From contig CALVSR010000003.1 in assembly GCA_944359075.1 (NCBI GenBank), forward strand, positions 1-44,037: DNA of 44,037 nt. Direction: 5' to 3'. The notes beneath the pieces are model-generated. The model did not search any database. It was not told the DNA's origin and saw only the letters and a list, made by a program, of their open reading frames with translations. Both the position numbers and the translations under genes were made by a program. The DNA comes from an uncultured Bacilli bacterium (GTDB taxonomy: Bacteria; Bacillota_I; Bacilli_A; RF39; UBA660). Shown one piece after another: positions 40,768 to 44,037 of the stretch (positions within the stretch are counted from its first letter, which is position 1; each line of letters starts with the position of its first letter).

Positions 40768-42078
40768 TTACTCCTCCACAGAAGAAAAACTTCTCTTCCT
40801 TGTAAAGATAGATATAGTAACGGTGATTAAAATAGGAATGATTAATGCAACTAACAATCCGATTAGAATACTAATCATATCCACTCTTGGATTCATTAAA
40901 TATAATCTTGATTTATGAATTAATACAATGTTTTTATAAATAATTAATCCGATTTGAGCCGCAATAATAGCAAAAATATAACCAATGATAATCAAGATAG
41001 AATTTTCTATAAAGATAAGTTTTAATATATCTTTTTTAGAATATCCCAAAACATTATACAAATAAAATTCTTTAGTTCGTTTTGTGATATTTTGAACTAG
41101 TGTAAGACAAATAATAATACCTGATAACACTAACATTCCTAGTGTAATATAAGAACAGCTTTTCATTATCTCATCCACTGTTTCTGTATTAATCCCAACG
41201 ATCGCACCTTCTTGAAATAAATTATTTTCATGTAGAAAATCGTTGATTTGGCCCAGGTTTTCTACATCATCTATCATAATAAAAACATTATCTCCTGTAT
41301 AATGAATAGTTTTCATATATTCTAGATGTTCTTGATATAAATGAGGGTATGCTTCATAATAGATATCATCTAACGACTTCACATTCGCATAACTTGTATA
41401 ACAGATTTCTCCATATGCATAATTAGAAATGGTATCATACAATCCAACTATTTTATATTCATCTGTAGCATTGTCTGCCATAGAAAGAGTAACTGCTTGA
41501 CCAATCAAATCATTCATGTCTGTTTTTTGATTGCCATAGAAAATATTATTTTTATCTCTATAATAAACAATATTAGGACAAATCATCACCTTATCATTTT
41601 CAGAATAACTATCTAAATTGTTACCACTAACAATTTCAATATTATTGTCAAGAGGTACACCCAGTATAACAAATGAAAAATTATGATTTTCAAAGTAATC
41701 AATTTGAGCCATAACTCTATATTGTTGACTAACTCCTAAAATATGTTCATTGGTAGCAAGCACATCCATTACTTCTTTAGTAGTCTCATCAATTATTTTC
41801 AGTTTTTCATCCGGGTCTAATGAAGCATCACCTAACATAATGCGCTTATCTCGCTCATCTAACCAATTAATATAAGAAACATTCATAATACGAAATTCTG
41901 GACTATTTTTAACATAGGAATTCCAATATCTATCAAAGGAATTTTTATAAGATAAAGAAAATAAACAAGAAGCGGATGCGATGATAACTAATATCATAAT
42001 AAGATATGAACTTTTCGCCCTTTTAGCATTAGTAAAAGATAGTTTTATTATATCCATTAATTTCATTTTAAGATTCAT
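40768..42078 (-). CDS. ABC transporter permease (FtsX/MacB-like)
   Basis: Large external loop; RTKEF.L..VLGYSKKDI...IFIEN motif. Confidence 0.85.
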   Translation of the reverse strand: MNLKMKLMDIIKLSFTNAKRAKSSYLIMILVIIASASCLFSLSYKNSFDRYWNSYVKNSPEFRIMNVSYINWLDERDKRIMLGDASLDPDEKLKIIDETTKEVMDVLATNEHILGVSQQYRVMAQIDYFENHNFSFVILGVPLDNNIEIVSGNNLDSYSENDKVMICPNIVYYRDKNNIFYGNQKTDMNDLIGQAVTLSMADNATDEYKIVGLYDTISNYAYGEICYTSYANVKSLDDIYYEAYPHLYQEHLEYMKTIHYTGDNVFIMIDDVENLGQINDFLHENNLFQEGAIVGINTETVDEIMKSCSYITLGMLVLSGIIICLTLVQNITKRTKEFYLYNVLGYSKKDILKLIFIENSILIIIGYIFAIIAAQIGLIIYKNIVLIHKSRLYLMNPRVDMISILIGLLVALIIPILITVTISIFTRKRSFSSVEE

Positions 42079-42142
42079 TCCTTTCCGCCTCGCTTGAGAC
42101 TCGTCTTCAAGGCACACATAGCCATGAACAATATATTTTTTT

Positions 42143-42820
42143 TCAGGTTACTACCTCTACTTTTCCATCATTAATTTCTAAGATAACATCTGCATATTTT
42201 TTGATATAATCACTGTGACTAGATATAATAATACATTTTCCTTCTTCTTTTAATTTCTTAAAAATTTCTAAAATAATCTTTTCGTTTTCTTTATCTAAAT
42301 TACCAGTAGGCTCATCTGCCAAAATAATTTCAGGATTATTGGCTAAGGCTCTAGCAATTGCTACACGCTGTTGCTCTCCACCAGACAATTCTTTCGGATA
42401 ATGGTTAATTCTATCTTCTAATTTTACTTTTTTCAATAATTGTATCGCTAAATTTTTTCTATTAGATTTTTTAATATTTACATTAATGTACATAGGTACC
42501 ATAACATTTTCAAAAGCTTTCAATTTATCATTTAAAAAATAAGATTGAAATACAAAACCAATCTTTTGATTTCGAATATCCGCTTTTTCTTTTTCGTTCA
42601 TACTAGTAATATCAAAACCATCTATTAATATTTTTCCAGAGTCAAATTCTAATAATGTACCTATAATATTTAATAATGTTGTCTTTCCACTTCCAGAGTG
42701 GCCAATAATATTATAAATTTTTCCCTTTTCAAAAGATAAATCAATATGATTCAATACTAAAATTTCTTTTTCTTTCTTTTTATATTTTTTTGCTAAGTCT
42801 GATATTTTAATAATTAGCAT
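42143..42820 (-). CDS. ABC transporter ATP-binding protein (LolD/MacB-type)
   Basis: [24 protein letters not shown] and ADEPTGNLD motifs. Confidence 0.95.
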   Translation of the reverse strand: MLIIKISDLAKKYKKKEKEILVLNHIDLSFEKGKIYNIIGHSGSGKTTLLNIIGTLLEFDSGKILIDGFDITSMNEKEKADIRNQKIGFVFQSYFLNDKLKAFENVMVPMYINVNIKKSNRKNLAIQLLKKVKLEDRINHYPKELSGGEQQRVAIARALANNPEIILADEPTGNLDKENEKIILEIFKKLKEEGKCIIISSHSDYIKKYADVILEINDGKVEVVT

Positions 42821-42890
42821 AACTACCTCCATAAATAAGAGATAAGAAATTAGAAATATAAAATATTCCTAATTTCTTATTATCTTTTTA

Positions 42891-43328
42891 CTAGGATGTA
42901 AGACTCACAAGATTTAAATGATTGGAATAGAAACTAGCATAATTTATTCCATCTATTTTTGTAGAAAATTGGGCATACCAATTCCCTTTTGCTCCAGTTT
43001 TAGTTCCATCTATTATAGTAAAACCACCTAGCCATGATTGATCATATGTTTTATATACATCCATTATAGCGGAGTCATTTCCATCCCTCATAATAATATG
43101 TAATCTTGTACTATTAGCATCGTTTTTATTAGAACTGCCATTTATTTTAGTAATATTCAAACCAATTCTACCTGTTCCTTCTGGCATACTATATTTTGAG
43201 GTTTGTTTGGTTTCTCCCCTACCAACAGATATAGTAGTTCTATATAATTGAGATGCAAATACTGCTGTAGTAGAGCATAACATCAATGTAAATACAAATG
43301 CCGGTAAAAATTTTTTCAGTTTTTTCAA
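42891..43328 (-). CDS. Secreted protein with Sec signal peptide
   Basis: MKKLKK-hydrophobic-AVFA|S; SD AAGGAGG; TTG start; attenuator-like hairpin at 42838-42885 downstream. Confidence 0.75.
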   Translation of the reverse strand: MKKLKKFLPAFVFTLMLCSTTAVFASQLYRTTISVGRGETKQTSKYSMPEGTGRIGLNITKINGSSNKNDANSTRLHIIMRDGNDSAIMDVYKTYDQSWLGGFTIIDGTKTGAKGNWYAQFSTKIDGINYASFYSNHLNLVSLTS

Positions 43329-43624
43329 TTTATTCCCTCCTTTATTTAATCTATAACAAACATTTATTACAACTCGTACGCATTTTGTAATTTATGTTGT
43401 TATCTTAATAGCCTTTCTATTTATAACTCTCAAACCCAAATATAATATTTCTAAGCTTATTATATCTTTCAATAAAAAAATATGTAGAATTTTGTTTTAA
43501 ATCGTCGATTTCAGGTGATTTTCAGTAATTTTTCTGCATTTATAAGTCCATTTCTATTTAGAAAACTAAGTTTGAAAATAATATTTATTATCAAAATTTA
43601 TTTTTGAACACTCTAATAAGCACT

Positions 43625-43790
43625 CTAACTTTTCTTTCTCGTAAAGATAAATATGGTAACGATGATTAAAATAAAAATGATTAATGTAACTAATAAAATG
43701 CTTTACAATATTTTAGTCCAATCCTACCTGTTCATTCTGGTATATGTAGTAGTCATAGCATTAGTACAAATACAAGCACCGATAAATTTT
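43625..43790 (-). pseudogene. Collapsed remnant of a paralogous secreted-protein/ABC cassette
   Basis: ~43630-43696 resembles ~40790-40857 (permease 3' end); ~43710-43745 resembles ~43155-43190; ~43745-43790 resembles ~43266-43315. Confidence 0.6.
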
Positions 43791-43793
43791 CTA

Positions 43794-44037
43794 TCAATTT
43801 TTATCTGTTTCTAATTCCTTTAGCTGTTGTAATGTTAAACCAGTTGCTTTTAATATATTTTCTTTTTCTACTCCTAAAGATAATAAGTTTTTAGCTATTT
43901 CTATTTGGCTTTCTTTTTTTCCTTCTTCAAAAGAAATCTTCTTCTCGGTGTTTAAAATCATCTTTTGATCTTCTTCATAGGTCATCAAGCTTTGAAATGT
44001 TTCTTGCTCATTTAACTTCGTAATTTTGTCTTCAAAC
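43794..44037 (-). CDS. C-terminus of an Rpn/YhgA-like (PD-(D/E)XK nuclease-family transposase) protein, truncated by the window edge
   Basis: Frame open to the edge: ...EEGKKESQIEIAKNLLSLG...ILKATGLT..QL..L, the typical Rpn tail. Confidence 0.7.
   Translation of the reverse strand, partial: FEDKITKLNEQETFQSLMTYEEDQKMILNTEKKISFEEGKKESQIEIAKNLLSLGVEKENILKATGLTLQQLKELETDKN

Overview
AT-rich chromosomal window from a low-GC Bacilli-type bacterium. It uses genetic code 11, carries sporulation-linked genes (spoIIM, ylbDEF) and has an hrcA-grpE-dnaK operon with CIRCE; an RF39-like gut lineage is my inference only. The window appears to span the replication terminus: a 28-bp dif-like site lies at 22987-23014, about 1.8 kb from xerD, and gene orientation converges on it. 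The accessory left part (about 1.1-17.9 kb) is a polymorphic toxin island. In order it holds an XRE regulator, a phage tail-fibre/baseplate-like protein and a signal-peptide-less 2094-aa WapA/Rhs toxin (DNRLRE, CBM and ricin-like domains, YD repeats, GIY-YIG-like tip) with its immunity gene. These are followed by a frameshifted orphan Rhs-Ntox44 cassette and an array of orphan immunity genes spaced by fragments of the Rhs core. A TcdE-family holin plus M23 endolysin sits inside this array, bracketed by a ~390-bp direct repeat, with no other phage genes. The most notable candidate new system is a holin/endolysin-released (type 10 secretion-like) Rhs toxin partnered with a phage receptor-binding fibre, plus an immunity library assembled through recurrent Rhs-core breakpoints. 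The rest is housekeeping (mnmA, deoB, xerD, yfhO, rarA, gmk-like, dnaJ, pepF, dnaK, grpE, hrcA, rsmD), an ABC exporter cassette and a truncated Rpn-type gene. All family calls come from motif recognition by eye, not from database searches.
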